A stretch of 63,899 nucleotides of DNA, the filler included, from Reclinomonas americana ATCC 50394 (taxonomy: Eukaryota), in NCBI GenBank assembly GCA_048213135.1. It is 11 parts of 5 records of this genome, joined end to end, with 100 filler letters (N's around TTAATTAATTAA, not from the genome) between each part and the next. Parts side by side here need not be neighbours in the genome. Positions count along the whole stretch, not along the records: positions 37,446 to 52,892 come from PS015507.1; positions 52,993 to 57,117 come from PS015507.1; positions 57,218 to 59,782 come from PS015507.1; positions 59,883 to 62,660 come from PS015510.1; 7 more parts are not named here. One strand, given 5' to 3'. Below the pieces are notes generated by a model, which saw only the letters and a list, made by a program, of their open reading frames with translations, was not told the DNA's origin and did not search any database. The translations under genes and the position numbers were made by a program. Shown one piece after another: positions 48,844 through 62,029 of this stretch (positions are counted from its first letter, which is position 1; each line of letters begins with the position of its first letter).

Positions 48844-50115
48844 TCCGCCCTCCTCCTCCTCCTATTTCTCTGTCATTTGTCGTCCTCAAAAAAAAATGTC
48901 AAGCAAGTTTTCTAGGTCATTTTCGTTTATCCACCCTCCCTCATCTCTCATCTCTCCTCTTCTCCTGTGTCTGTCCCTCTTGTCGTGTTTCGCAAACAAT
49001 TATAAACGCCCTGTTGATCAAGTTACTCGCGACTGGTGGTGGTGGAAGGAAACATCGGGGTTTTGAATGCATTGTGAATTCGTCTGTTCAGCCACGCTGC
49101 ATAGTGATGCAGTTCTCGACCAGTTCGCAGCTCGGCCTCGGCCACTTGGTCACGTGCTCTATCATGCATGTTTGGAAATGATTGCATTGTGAGTTCCAAG
49201 TTGCACTACTTCTCGGCCCTTTATCGCGATAGACTTAATAGTAATAGTACAGCTTCTTCCCTCCTTGCAAGAACAACGGAGGTCGTTTCCCGCACACATG
49301 AGAAAACAGGAGTGGACAATGCTCGCGAGGGCTCAGAAACCGGCAAGCACCTGTGTAGTGAGAGAGAGCCACTCGCCTTCTCTCTCACTCTCTCTCTCTC
49401 TTCCACTCTTTCGCACACACGCACACACAGAGTGACAGTCGCGTTGAGTGTGTGTGAGTGAACGAATAAGAAAAAACAGGGCGAGAAAAAAGGTAATTTG
49501 CCTTTGTGAGAGAGTGAGTGTGAGTGAGAGAAGTGTGTGTCTCTCTTTCACAGAGAGAGAAAACGCGAAAGAGAGCGTTGACACACAGGAGAGCGCGTGT
49601 GAGAGTGGCAATGGCCGATCAGACTCGCTCTCTCTCACACACTCTCTCTCACACTCACACACGATCGCTCTTTGTTCTCTCTCTGTCTGTGTATGTGTGA
49701 GCACTGAGTGTAGAGAGAGAGAGAATAAGAGAGTGCGATCGATTGTCGGTGTCTGTGAGAGAAAGAGCAGGCGAATCGTACGTGCACTCAGTGTGAGAGA
49801 GAGAGAGAGAGGCACGCAGAGACAGTGTGTGTGTTGTGTTGTGTGTGAGAGAGAGTGTGTGTGAGTGTGTGTGTGTGTGTGAGTGAGCGAATCATGACCA
49901 GTTCTTCCTCACTGTCATGACTGACGACGCGTGCGACGAAAAAAGAGTGTCATTTGCGGTTTCCACTCACTTCTCACACACAGACAGACACACACACCAG
50001 TCACTATCGCTCTCTCTCTCTCTCACACACACAAGAGACAGAGAATCGCTCATTGCTGTTCATCCGCAATTCTTACGCCTTGACCCCTTGACACAGAAGA
50101 GGGCGTGAGAGCAAC

Positions 50116-52728
50116 ATGGAGTACCCGCTGCTGGTGCAGCAGCCGCCTCCTCCTCAGCACCCACCTCCTCCTCCACCTCCGCCTACGCGAAAGCCACCTC
50201 CACCATCACAGGCGCCTCCTCCTGTGCCTTCTTCGCAGTCTGTCGGTCAGTCGCTGGTCGGTGGAGGAGGAGCGAGGAGTGTGGCCTCGTCTGCGGCCAC
50301 CACTCCTCCGCAGACACCGTTTGCGCATGTGACGACGACGGCAGCTGCTGGGCATCACTATGCGTCGCATCAGCAGCAGCAGCAGCACTATCATCATCAT
50401 CATGTGACGGTGCCGGTCGGTGGCACGTTATCGCTGCCGGCCGGTGCGCAGCAGCAACCGCAGAGGTACTGCTCTCTGGGAATAGAGAGTGTTGTGTGTG
50501 TGAACAGGTGATTGATTGATTGTGGTGGATATATCGCGCAGTGATGAGGAATCGTGCATCTCGGTGGCGGTCCGCTTGCGGCCGCTGACGGAGCGGGAGA
50601 TTGCGACGCATGCGACGCCGCGGTATCAGAATAAGATGGGCGTGGTGCTGCGGGCGCAGGATGGGTGAGTTGGTGGGAGAGAGATAAGGGGGGAGGGGGA
50701 GAGGGAGGGGAGGAGAAGGGAGAGAAGGAGAGGGGAGGAAGAGATGAAGAGGTGAGACGGCTTGGGAGCGACTGTGCGGTCGTGCGATGGAGAGAGAACG
50801 AACGTGTCTCGAGTCGGTGACAGTGTGTCATCAACTTGCAGAGCTTGTATGAGAGTGTGAGAATGTGTCTGTGTATATCGATGAGAATGGGTGAATATGG
50901 AAAGCAGAGAGTGCGTGCGGATCTCAGAGAGGGAAGGATAGCACAACTGTTAGCTTGCGAGAACACAGTGACACTCAATTCCACCAAGGATGCGAAAGAG
51001 GAGAGAGAGGGCGAGGGAGAGAGGCACGCAATCGTATAAGTGTCGAGCGCATCTAGCTGTGAGAAGATCACCGTGTACGCATACGTTTGTGAGTGAGAGA
51101 GAGACACGATTGAATGGGTGTCGAGTGCATGTAGACCTCCTTGTGACGTCGTGAGATGCACATCGCAATGCCGTCTGCCTTGCCTCATCTCCTGCTCACT
51201 TCCTGCCTCCACAGCATGGCGTGCCTGTTGGACCCCGAGTCACAAAACCGTGAATCATATCCCATGGAAAGACATCGTCGAGAACGGACGTATGCTTTTG
51301 TTGCGTATTCCCGCCCCGCCATCCACGCATTGTCCGACTGTCTCTGAACGCCGACCTGCAGGATCACGTGTTTGACGAGAGCACTCAAAACGAGGAAGTA
51401 TACAGCGTGTGCGCCAGACCACTGGTCGATTCAGTAATGGAGGGCTACAATGCGACATGCTTCTGCTACGGCATGACCAGCGCCGGCAAGACGTTGAGCG
51501 CTCACCTCCCCATCTCCCTCCTCCTCCTCCTCCCTCTCTCTCACTTACACGTATGCACGCACAGCTACACCATGATTGGTGCAACGAATGAGGATGGAAC
51601 GATCAGCAATGCGGTCAAGGGCATCTACACGCTGGCCATCGAAGACATCTTTTCTCGAATTGCCGTTGCGCTCCTTTTTCTTTTCCTTGTTTCTCTCTCC
51701 AATGCACTCACACAGCATCTATTTTACTTGGAGCAGAAGGACGACGACAATGCATGCACTGTACGAGTCTGCTTTCTCGAAATCTACAACGAGAAGATCA
51801 AGGACCTGCTCACAGCTCCACCTGGTGCGCACAACAGACTCGCCTGTTCAACCATGCATGTTCCTCATCTCCTGTTGCTGCAGCACCAACGGGGAACTCA
51901 AACGGCACCACCGGAGTCGGCAACGGAGCGTCGGCACCCTCGCTGGAGCTGCAAGAGGATCCTGTGCGTGGCATGGTAGTGCAGGATCTCACCGAGTACG
52001 AGGTGCACTCGGTGGAGGAGATTCACGGCATCATCAACTATGGCAATAGGTGAGCGACAGCGCTCAGGTCTCCTCTCTCTGTTTCTCGCAGGGCTCTGAC
52101 TCTCTCTCCTCAACAGTCGCCGCACCATGGCGCCCACCGGCGCCAATGTGGTCTCGTCGCGTTCGCATGCAATTTTGCAAATATCGGTGGAGATTCGACC
52201 GCGCATGCGTGACATTCGGGAGAACGTGCGTATTGCCAAGCTGTCGCTGATTGATCTGGCCGGTTCGGAGCGGGCGGCGGCTTCGGACAATCGGGGCATT
52301 CGCATGGTCGAGGGCGCCAACATTAATCGCTCTCTTCTCGCCCTCGGCAACTGCATCAATGTGCTCTCGGACCAAAGCAAGCGCGGCGCCTTTGTGCCGT
52401 ACCGTGATTCCAAGTTGACGCGCCTGCTCAAGGACTCTCTCGGCGGCAACACCAAGACCGTCATGATTGCCAATGTTTCTCCGTCGTGCGTGTGCTACGA
52501 GGAGACGCTCAACACGCTCAAGTACGCCAACCGAGCCAAGCATATCAAGAAGAAGGTGTGCGGGTGGAGGAGGGGAGAGGGGAGGGAAGGGAGGGGAGCG
52601 GGCACGTAACGGCGAGCAGCACGCGCGGGGGAATGATTTTGCGAACCCATGTGTGTGGATGTGTGTGTGTGTAGAGAGAGAGAGAGAGAACTGTGTGTGT
52701 GTATGTGTGTGGGTGGGTGTGGATGGGC

Positions 52729-52797
<69 letters not shown>

Positions 52798-53198
52798 AGA
52801 GTAGAGAGTCGTACGGAGAGTAAGAAGTGAGTACGTCTTCGTCGTCGTAGAACGAAGACGAGGACGGACGCGACGTCGTGTAGTACGACGAANNNNNNNN
52901 NNNNNNNNNNNNNNNNNNNNNNNNNNNNNNNNNNNNTTAATTAATTAANNNNNNNNNNNNNNNNNNNNNNNNNNNNNNNNNNNNNNNNNNNNGGTACGGG
53001 TACGGTAGGTACGGTACGGTACGGTACGGTAGGTAGGTACGGTAGGTAGGTAGGTAGGTAGGTAGGTAGGTAGGTAGGTAGGTAGGTAGGTAGGTAGGTA
53101 GGTAGGTAGGTAGGTAGGTAGGTAGGTAGGTAGGTAGGTAGGTAGGTAGGTAGGTAGGTAGGTAGGTAGGTAGGTAGGTAGGTAGGTAGGTAGGTAGG

Positions 53199-53260
<62 letters not shown>

Positions 53261-56200
53261 GGAGAGAAACTGAGTGAGGATGAAAAAACGGGATGGTGAA
53301 GCTTCGGAGAACGTGAAAATGAGAGCTTCTCGCCGTTGCAAAGTCAGAGGGACGCAGCTGAGTTGCCGAAAGTCAGAGAGGGAAAGAGAGAGAAATTCTC
53401 GCTGCAGCGTATTGACAGCGGGAGTCGCTGTAACCGAGAGAGACCGACACCGCAATCAGAGATTCAGATACATTGTGCACTTGTCGCTGAAGATGAAAGC
53501 AGAGACGTGCCGTGGGAGAGTGTAGGCAACATATCTAACTCTTCCTTGTATCACCCACGCAGGTCCACAAGAACACGCTGATGGTGGAGAACCACATTTC
53601 GCAGTACAAGCAAATCATCGAGGCGCTGCATGGCGAAATTCACGAACTGAAGGTCTTGTCATGCGGCAACTTGCTGTCGACATCCTCCTGTTCTTGTGCT
53701 TACATTCCTCGCTATTGTAGGAAAAACTGCGATACTCGGAAGCAGAAAAGGAGGAGATTGTGCGCGAGCGATCTGTGCTGATGCTGTCGTCCAACTCGGC
53801 CGACGGCTTCAGCGAGGTGCCGCCGGCGTCGCCGTCGGCCGCCGACATGATTGTCACGGAGGAGGAAATGACGCCAATCAACGAGCAAATATCGCGCACC
53901 GAGGAGCAGCGGCAGCAGGTCAAGGCAATGCTGACCAAGCACAAGGAGACGCTGCTCCGCACGCAGCCGCAGTCCGACGAGGAGGAGGAATTCGAGAAGT
54001 TTGCGCAGCGATTACTCGGCAATTTCCAAATGCGCATCGACCTGTCGCAGTCGCTGATGGAGATTGAGGAGCAGAATGCGCAAAACCACAATGTGGTGGA
54101 GCGTGTCACTGCCGATGTTGACAAGCTGCAGCAGCAATTGGTGCGTGTCTCCAAAGCCTGGGAACCCTTATGATTGCACACTCTTTTCTCACGCACTCTG
54201 CTTGGTCTCGTTGCAGGAGCGCGCCCAGTCGCAGGACGAGTGCAGGAGATTACAATTGCAGTTGTCCAAGTCACTGCAGGAGATTTCCACCATTGAACGA
54301 AACACGCAGCAAAACGAAAAGGTAAGAGTCTACAGGAGAGGGAGGAGGAAGAAAACAGGAAGCCCTCTTTGCTGAGCGTCTACTGCAGATCAAGGCTGGA
54401 CTGGTACAACGGTTACGCGACAACGAGGAGGAGAAGAAGAGGTTACAAGAGGCCTTGCTTGGGCTCAAAGCCGGCAACCAAAGAAGCATTGTGGAGCTGC
54501 AGGTGCGTGTGTGTGCGCGCGCGCATGTCAGTCGCCCCATCTATTTTGATTACTAAATTCGTTCTCGACAGGTTGCCGTGCATCAACTGAAGCTCGAAAA
54601 ACTCGAGATGCAGCGCAAGTATCTCGAGCTGCAAAAGGAGGCCTACATCAAGGACAAGGAGAAGGCGGCGAAGGAGAGGCAACTGAGTCACATGCAGAGA
54701 GAGGTGCAGCACTTGAAGGCCGAGCTCATTCAGCGAGAGGCATTGCTGCACGGCTCGCAAATGTCCGTGTCGTTTGACACGAGTGGCACTGGTGAGTGCC
54801 ATTGAGATGCTTGTCTTTGCGCCGTAGTTTCACGTGAGTAACACTGTGGCGTACACCTACAGATCGGAAACAATCGAGGAGAAGTGGTGGTGACGGGAAA
54901 GCGACTGGCTCATCATCGCAAGCGGGAGGCAAATCGTCGACACGGGGTGGCGGAAGCAACGGTGGTTCCAGTGCTCGGTGAGTGGTTTCTTCTCTCGCTG
55001 TCGTTTCTTTGTCATCCTCTTTATGACTCACACTTTGACGGCCACCAGCGTACCACCACTGAATCTGTCGGCGGTGGCGGGAGGATCGAGTTCCGGCAAT
55101 CTGGCTGTGCGCGGCGCGCTCTCCGACCACACTCGAGGCAGCTTGTCGGCGCGCGAGGATGAAGGAGGTACCGAAGAGGAGTCACTGTCGGCTCGCTCCA
55201 AGCAGGCGCTGTCAGATCGATCGCATCACCACGGTTTGTGCGTGTGTGTCTCTTCACTCCTCCACACGCTGCGCTCACGGTCGATTGTCGAACAGGTGTC
55301 GATCTGGCTGCACGGAGGCGATCGTTGGGAGCACCGGCGGCTACTGCCGCAGCCGCAGCAGCTGCAGCCACGCTCGGTCAGCGCAAGAAGCCAGTGTTTG
55401 GATCTAGTCGCGTGCAGCAGGGTGCTGCCTCGGCGGCGGTGATGGGTGTGGGCAAGGTGAGAGTGGAGGAGAGGAGGAGAAGGGGGGAGAGGAGAGAAGT
55501 AGGAGGGAGAGGGGGATGGGAGGGAGGGATAAAAGAGAGGGNNNNNNNNNNNNNNNNNNNNNNNNNNNNNNNNNNNNNNNNNNNNNNNNNNNNNNNNNNN
55601 NNNNNNNNNNNNNNNNNNNNNNNNNNNNNNNNNNNNNNNNNNNNNNNNNNNNNNNNNNNNNNNNNNNNNNNNNNNNNNNNNNNNNNNNNNNNNNNNNNNN
55701 NNNNNNNNNNNNNNNNNNNNNNNNNNNNNNNNNNNNNNNNNNNNNNNNNNNNNNNNNNNNNNNNNNNNNNNNNNNNNNNNNNNNNNNNNNNNNNNNNNNN
55801 NNNNNNNNNNNNNNNNNNNNNNNNNNNNNNNNNNNNNNNNNNNNNNNNNNNNNNNNNNNNNNNNNNNNNNNNNNNNNNNNNNNNNNNNNNNNNNNNNNNN
55901 AGGGAGGGAGGGAGAGGAGAGAAAGTGTGTTTGCTTGGAAGATGAATGAGAGATTGCATGAGTGCGGAGATAAGGATGGGAGAAATGTGATTGTGCGTGT
56001 AATGTGACAGCAGCTGGTCGTCCGCTGCGTGTGCTGCTTTGCACCGGCCGGTAGATAAAGGCTTGTGGACGTGTTTCTCTCTCTCTCTCTCTCTATGTAT
56101 GTGTATGTGTNNNNNNNNNNNNNNNNNNNNNNNNNNNNNNNNNNNNNNNNNNNNNNNNNNNNNNNNNNNNNNNNNNNNNNNNNNNNNNNNNNNNNNNNNN

Positions 56201-59200
56201 NNNNNNNNNNNNNNNNNNNNNNNNNNNNNNNNNNNNNNNNNNNNNNNNNNNNNNNNNNNNNNNNNNNNNNNNNNNNNNNNNNNNNNNNNNNNNNNNNNNN
56301 NNNNNNNNNNNNNNNNNNNNNNNNNNNNNNNNNNNNNNNNNNNNNNNNNNNNNNNNNNNNNNNNNNNNNNNNNNNNNNNNNNNNNNNNNNNNNNNNNNNN
56401 NNNNNNNNNNNNNNNNNNNNNNNNNNNNNNNNNNNNNNNNNNNNNNNNNNNNNNNNNNNNNNNNNNNNNNNNNNNNNNNNNNNNNNNNNNNNNNNNNNNN
56501 NNNNNNNNNNNNNNNNNNNNNNNNNNNNNNNNNNNNNNNNNNNNNNNNNNNNNNNNNNNNNNNNNNNNNNNNNNNNNNNNNNNNNNNNNNNNNNNNNNNN
56601 NNNNNNNNNNNNNNNNNNNNNNNNNNNNNNNNNNNNNNNNNNNNNNNNNNNNNNNNNNNNNNNNNNNNNNNNNNNNNNNNNNNNNNNNNNNNNNNNNNNN
56701 NNNNNNNNNNNNNNNNNNNNNNNNNNNNNNNNNNNNNNNNNNNNNNNNNNNNNNNNNNNNNNNNNNNNNNNNNNNNNNNNNNNNNNNNNNNNNNNNNNNN
56801 NNNNNNNNNNNNNNNNNNNNNNNNNNNNNNNNNNNNNNNNNNNNNNNNNNNNNNNNNNNNNNNNNNNNNNNNNNNNNNNNNNNNNNNNNNNNNNNNNNNN
56901 NNNNTGTCACACAAACACATACACAAAGAGAGAAAGAGAAACACGTCCACAAGCCTTTCTATCAGCTTGTGGAAAGCAGCACACGCGGAGGACGACAAGC
57001 TGCTTCCCTACACATACACGCACGCACACCACACTTCTCCCATGTTCACCTCTGCGCTCATACTTTCTCTCGTTTCATCTAGTAACAAACACACACTCTC
57101 TCCCCCTCACTCTGTGANNNNNNNNNNNNNNNNNNNNNNNNNNNNNNNNNNNNNNNNNNNNTTAATTAATTAANNNNNNNNNNNNNNNNNNNNNNNNNNN
57201 NNNNNNNNNNNNNNNNNGAGAAAGAGAGAGAAGCAACGAGAACGAGAGAGATAAGCAGAGAGGAAACAGAAAGGGTCACAGAGTGAGGGGGAGAGAGTGT
57301 GTGTTTGTTGCTAGATGAAATGAGAGAAAGTATGAGCGCAGAGGTTAAGATGGAAGCAGCTTGCCGTCCTCCGCGTGTGCTGCTGTGGACGCGTATTCTC
57401 ACTATCTCTCTCTGTGCGTGTGTGTGAGAGACTAAGAGTGAGTGAGAGAGCGAGAGAGCAAGAGTGCAGTAGATTATTGACTTTGTCTTTACGATACGGT
57501 GATTTGAAGGATAGTGTGTGCGTGTGAGGGATTGATTGGCTATCAGTATCGTGTGTCTGTACAAGTCTCTGACAGTGCACCCGCGCAGGTCCCCGTCATG
57601 TCCGCCGACATTGGCGCTGCATCCAAGTGCGTCCATTATTCTCGATTGCGCTTTGTGTTCCCCCCATCTCACTCTTACTGCTTGACAGTCCGGCTCTGCT
57701 TGGTCGCAAACTGAGTTTGGGACAGCCACAGCGGTCACCGCGAGGTCAGTGCCTGTCTTGATATCTCCTATTTCTCTCTCCTTCGGTTCTCATTTACTCG
57801 CACAGATGTGGTTCCGTCGCAACCCGCATCGCGCACCAACAAGCTGTCCCCGCGTCAAAAGACGGGTGGCTCGTCGGCACTGTCGGATGTGGTCAGTCAC
57901 TGATTTTCCTGTTTCCCCCGTGTGTGTGCAATTTGCTGACCACCTTCGCGCAGCCCACTTCCGAAACATCGAGCCAGGAAAATGACGCGCAGCGAATTCG
58001 GCGGCAGATTATGGAGCGCCAGAAGAAGATTGGCATGCTGAAGCAGGCCAACACGTCCGAGGTGGCAGTTGCGTAACGAATCCTGTGCCTCCTGAGAATA
58101 TTGTGCGAGATCTAATCTCCTGTGTACCCAGCACCAATTCCAACGTCAGCGGCAGCACCAAGACGGCGAATCGTCGGCGTCATCCACGGGCCCACTGAAT
58201 TTCTCCGTGGCACCCGTCAGCCAACCGGCGTTCTCGCCACAGCGACAGACCCCCACTCCGCCGCATGTGACTGTCGCCGCGGTGGCAGGTACAGCGGCAG
58301 CGGCAGCCTCGCTGCGGCCGAAACCACGGCATCCGCCACCTGCGCCACCCGTGGACAGTGCGCCGACTGTAGTGGACATTGCGTCGGCGCCGGAGAGCAG
58401 CATCGATGCCACGGCTTTGCAACAGCAGCAAGTTACGCTCCCTCTGTGGTGATGTATTTCCTGTTTCGATACTTGGCTGACACTCCCTACGTGTGTAGGC
58501 GCGCCTGGCCCGCCGTCGACTCATGCGCCAGCAGCAGCAGTTGCAGGCGCAGCAGAGCCAGCAGCAGCAGATGCAGCAGGCGGCGTCGGCGCAGCAAGCG
58601 CAGTTGGTGGCAGCGTATGAGGAGCAAAAGGCGCGTGAGCGTGCCGAGATGCAGGAGCGTGAGCGCCAGCTGCAGGAGCTGTCGCGTCAGCTGGAGTCTC
58701 GCAAGATGGTTGTGCCGTCGCAGCAGCATGCTGTTGCACCTCCGCCTGTGCCGGCCAGCGTGTCGCTGGCACAGCTCATGGGTGGCAGTGGTGCGCAGCC
58801 ACCAGCCGTTCCGCAGTCGTCGGTGCCGACTGGCGCTCTACCGAAACAGAAGCCGCAGCCAGCGTCGCCGCCGCCTTCTGCGCGCAACTCTGCCATTTCG
58901 CCACCACAAGGTGGCAAGCGACAGTTGTCGGATTCACAGCACAGTGCCTTCCGTCCCGTGGGCAAGCTGTCACCCACCACTGGCATGTCGGTCGACAACA
59001 CGCCGCGCACATCGCAGCAGGCTCACGCTCAGGCACCGCTGCAGCAGCAGCAGTCATCGTCGGCCATTCCGCCGTTTGTGCGCCCCGTGCCAGAGCGACC
59101 ACCACCACAGGCCCCCACGCATGTTGCGTTTTTGCGAGAGGAAGGATACAGGAGTCTTGCTGATAACTCACATTTCACTCGCCACAGGCTCCGCAGTCTG

Positions 59201-59430
59201 CAATCTCGGCCTTGTCGCAACAGCAGTCGCAACCGTCACGCATTGCCGGTGCGCCGCCATCGTCGGCCGACACGCTGGCGGAAATGTCGATGAATGAGCT
59301 GCGAGAGCGCGTCACGGCTCGTCGCGAGAGGTATCAAGCCATGGCCAATGAGCTGTCGGGCACTGTCAGCAGCGGCACCATGCAGCAGCAGTATCACCAG
59401 CAGCAGCAACAGCAGCAGCAGCCGCAGCAA

Positions 59431-59464
<34 letters not shown>

Positions 59465-59782
59465 CGCGCGCGACGTACTGGCGCGACTCCTCCACCATCG
59501 ACTCGTTCTACGATGTCGACAGCCACCGTGCCGACGCCCGCTCTACGTTGCGTTCTGCTTTAGCCCACATCCATGTCCCTCGTGATCGTCGTCGCTCACC
59601 GTCCACTCGCTCTACAGCATGCAACAACGACTGGCGGCGATGCAGGGCAACCCGACGGCCGACTCGGCCTCCGTGACCCGTCGCGCCGATGGGGTGGCGT
59701 CGTCGTCGGTGGTGCCGAGCTCCAACGCGCTGTTCATTTCCGCGGCTCGAGGCGGTGGTGCGTCCGCTGGTGCGCTGCAAGT
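50116..59782 (+). CDS. Kinesin-8 family (KIF18/KIF19/Kip3-like) motor with long coiled-coil and Gln-rich tail; 3' end in gap
   Basis: [98 protein letters not shown]. Tail exons chain in frame, but their continuity across gaps is assumed. Confidence 0.9.
52993..53252. repeat. (GGTA)n followed by (GA)n microsatellite, intronic
   Basis: About 40 GGTA units preceded by GGTAC variants. Confidence 0.92.
55901..57390. repeat. ~200-bp intronic repeat in three copies; middle copy (56905-57117) reversed
   Basis: GTGTGTTTG...GATGAA...GCAGCT...GTCC...GCGTGTGCTGCT...GTGGACG at 55901-56110 and 57276-57390, with the reverse complement at 56905-57117. Confidence 0.75.
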
Positions 59783-59934
59783 NNNNNNNNNNNNNNNNNN
59801 NNNNNNNNNNNNNNNNNNNNNNNNNNTTAATTAATTAANNNNNNNNNNNNNNNNNNNNNNNNNNNNNNNNNNNNNNNNNNNNTCCCCCCCCTCCTCTCTC
59901 CCCCCCTCTCTCCCTCCATCTCACTCTCCTCCAG

Positions 59935-61491
59935 TCGATGGGCGTGTGCACACCATGTCACCGCCGCACTGCTGACGTGTACGAGACATCTTCGGCCACC
60001 ACCGCAGTCATCAATAATAATAATGGTGTCCGACAACAACCACAACCACAACCACAACAACAACTGGAAGGAGAAGAAGAGGCCGTTGAACAAGATGATG
60101 ACTTGGAGGTCCACCAGCACGCTGTCGCCGATCACAAGCGACACAGGAGAAGATCAAAACGGAACACGCCAGCAGTTGCAGCTGCCGTGCCGGCGAGTAC
60201 CGCCAGCAGCCGATCGAGTGAGTCATCGTCACGGCGCAAGAAACGGCGGTTTGGATCCATGGGAACAGGCTCGTCGGCGGCTCGTCGAGTGCAGATGTCG
60301 CGTCATGCTTCCACCACTATTGTCCAGAAACGAACACGTAAGCTGCCGCCACTGTCGCCAGCGTCCACTGTGAGTCGACAACAGCAACAACAACAACAAC
60401 AACAGCAGCAGTGTGGAGTATCGTCACCATTATCGCCGTTGCAGCATGTGTCATCGTCCATGGCATCGTCGTCGTCGTTGCAATCGAAAGTGGTGGTCGG
60501 CAGTCAGGCGGCGTTGTACCGGTCGCCGGTGAGGGCGCTGGCACCGACGGCTTCGCGACATCCGAGTGTCGACTCCCCGTCTGTAACTGGTATGCACTCG
60601 AGCAGTGCCACCACCGTCGGCAGTGTGGAGCCGACGTCGCGCGCGCCGGGAGCAGCAGCAGCCGCAGCAGCGTGCAGCTTTGATGACGACCTGTCGCAGT
60701 TTCTGGTGCCGCTGGTGGAGCGCGGCCTGCTCGGGCCCATCAACTCGGGTGCGCCGCTGGTGCTGGCCGGCATTGGGCACGATTTCGAGCTGCAGCAGAG
60801 CCGTGCTGGTGGTCATGGTGTGATGCCGCCCGAGAGCACGCTGTTTTCGCCGATTCGTGAGCGAGGGAACAGTCCACTGGCGTCGACGCGCTTCCTGCGG
60901 CCGATTCCGGTGCGGCCGCAGTTGAGTGGGCGAGTCCACAGTCAGTTTGGCAGTCCCACGCATCACACGTACTCGGATTTCCACCCCACGCCGGTCGCCT
61001 CGCGGCACGGAAGTCCCTCGCGGCACTCGCTGATTGCGATGGCGCCGAGTGCACTGCCGGTGTTTTACAACTCGGGCGACTTTCCCGTCACATGGACCGG
61101 CGAGCGCAGCAACTCGTCGGCCACCTCGTGGGACGATGGCGATCTGTGCGCCACACTGCACGCCGAGTCGACGCCCCGGCGCACGGTCGACACTGGTGTC
61201 GCGGACGGCGACGAGGAGCAGGTTTCCGTGCATCGCGGCACCATTGTCGGTGGTGTGCATCACGATCACGCCGAGTTCGACACGGCCGCGTTGGACGACC
61301 AGGACGAGGATGCGGAGGTCGACGAGGCAGCGGCACTGATGAGGCAACAAGCCAAGTGGCTGTCGTCGCCGCCGCCACCGCACTTTGTGTGCGGCAAGGG
61401 AGCTGAGGAGCTGCACGAGTGCATGCTGGTGGAGGGGGAGTACGATCAGGTGGCAGACGACGTCCTTTCGCCCTTGCCACGCGATTTGTGA
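59935..61491 (+). CDS. Large terminal exon of a low-complexity Ser/Gln-rich protein (kinesin tail or separate nuclear protein)
   Basis: 517-codon open frame after the acceptor CTCCAG. NLS-like KRHRRRSKR and RRKKRR, poly-Q, acidic C-terminus. Separated from the kinesin by an unsized gap. Confidence 0.6.
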   Translation, partial: SMGVCTPCHRRTADVYETSSATTAVINNNNGVRQQPQPQPQQQLEGEEEAVEQDDDLEVHQHAVADHKRHRRRSKRNTPAVAAAVPASTASSRSSESSSRRKKRRFGSMGTGSSAARRVQMSRHASTTIVQKRTRKLPPLSPASTVSRQQQQQQQQQQQCGVSSPLSPLQHVSSSMASSSSLQSKVVVGSQAALYRSPVRALAPTASRHPSVDSPSVTGMHSSSATTVGSVEPTSRAPGAAAAAAACSFDDDLSQFLVPLVERGLLGPINSGAPLVLAGIGHDFELQQSRAGGHGVMPPESTLFSPIRERGNSPLASTRFLRPIPVRPQLSGRVHSQFGSPTHHTYSDFHPTPVASRHGSPSRHSLIAMAPSALPVFYNSGDFPVTWTGERSNSSATSWDDGDLCATLHAESTPRRTVDTGVADGDEEQVSVHRGTIVGGVHHDHAEFDTAALDDQDEDAEVDEAAALMRQQAKWLSSPPPPHFVCGKGAEELHECMLVEGEYDQVADDVLSPLPRDL

Positions 61492-61720
61492 GAAAGAGAG
61501 AAAGAGAGAGGGAGAGCGGTAATCCTAATCATTAAAATACTGTTGTTGCTCAAATCATCAAATTGCTTGCTTTACACGTGTTTCTTCGAGCCACATTCGA
61601 GATCACATATCATCATCATCATCATCACCAGCCATACACACAAACACGCCACCACCGCCAAACTCAAGCGGCGCTCACAAAAACGAGATGCCCAGAGAGG
61701 GAAGCACACACACACACACA

Positions 61721-62029
61721 TCAGTCCGACTCGGCCGGTGGCAGGTGCTGGTCTAGCCACTCTGCCAACCACTCGCACGACGGGGCAGTGGCAACGAACG
61801 GGTGCGACAACAACTGCGTGGCCGTCTGCCGTCTTGCGGGATCTTTTTGCAGGCTGCGCTCACATTTAACAAGTGAGGGAGTGATGCGCACGGGGGTTGG
61901 CGGATCTTTTTTTTCTGTCGACTCACCAGCCCTCAATGAAGTTGCGGAACTCGGCTGAGTACTTGTCGGCCGGCAGCCGTGGTGCATCGCAGCGCACCAC
62001 GTTGTCCATCACCTTGAAGAAGCCGTACA
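61721..62029 (-). CDS. MAP kinase kinase (STE7/MEK-like), last two exons
   Basis: GFFKVMDNVVRCDAPRLPADKYSAEFRNFIEGC|LQKDPARRQTATQLLSHPFV matches MAP2K subdomains X-XI. Confidence 0.75.

Noticed and set aside
52993..53202. (TAGG)n as a telomere, or the YLPT-repeat ORF
   Set aside because: It is internal to a kinesin intron with genes continuing on both sides; an ordinary microsatellite.
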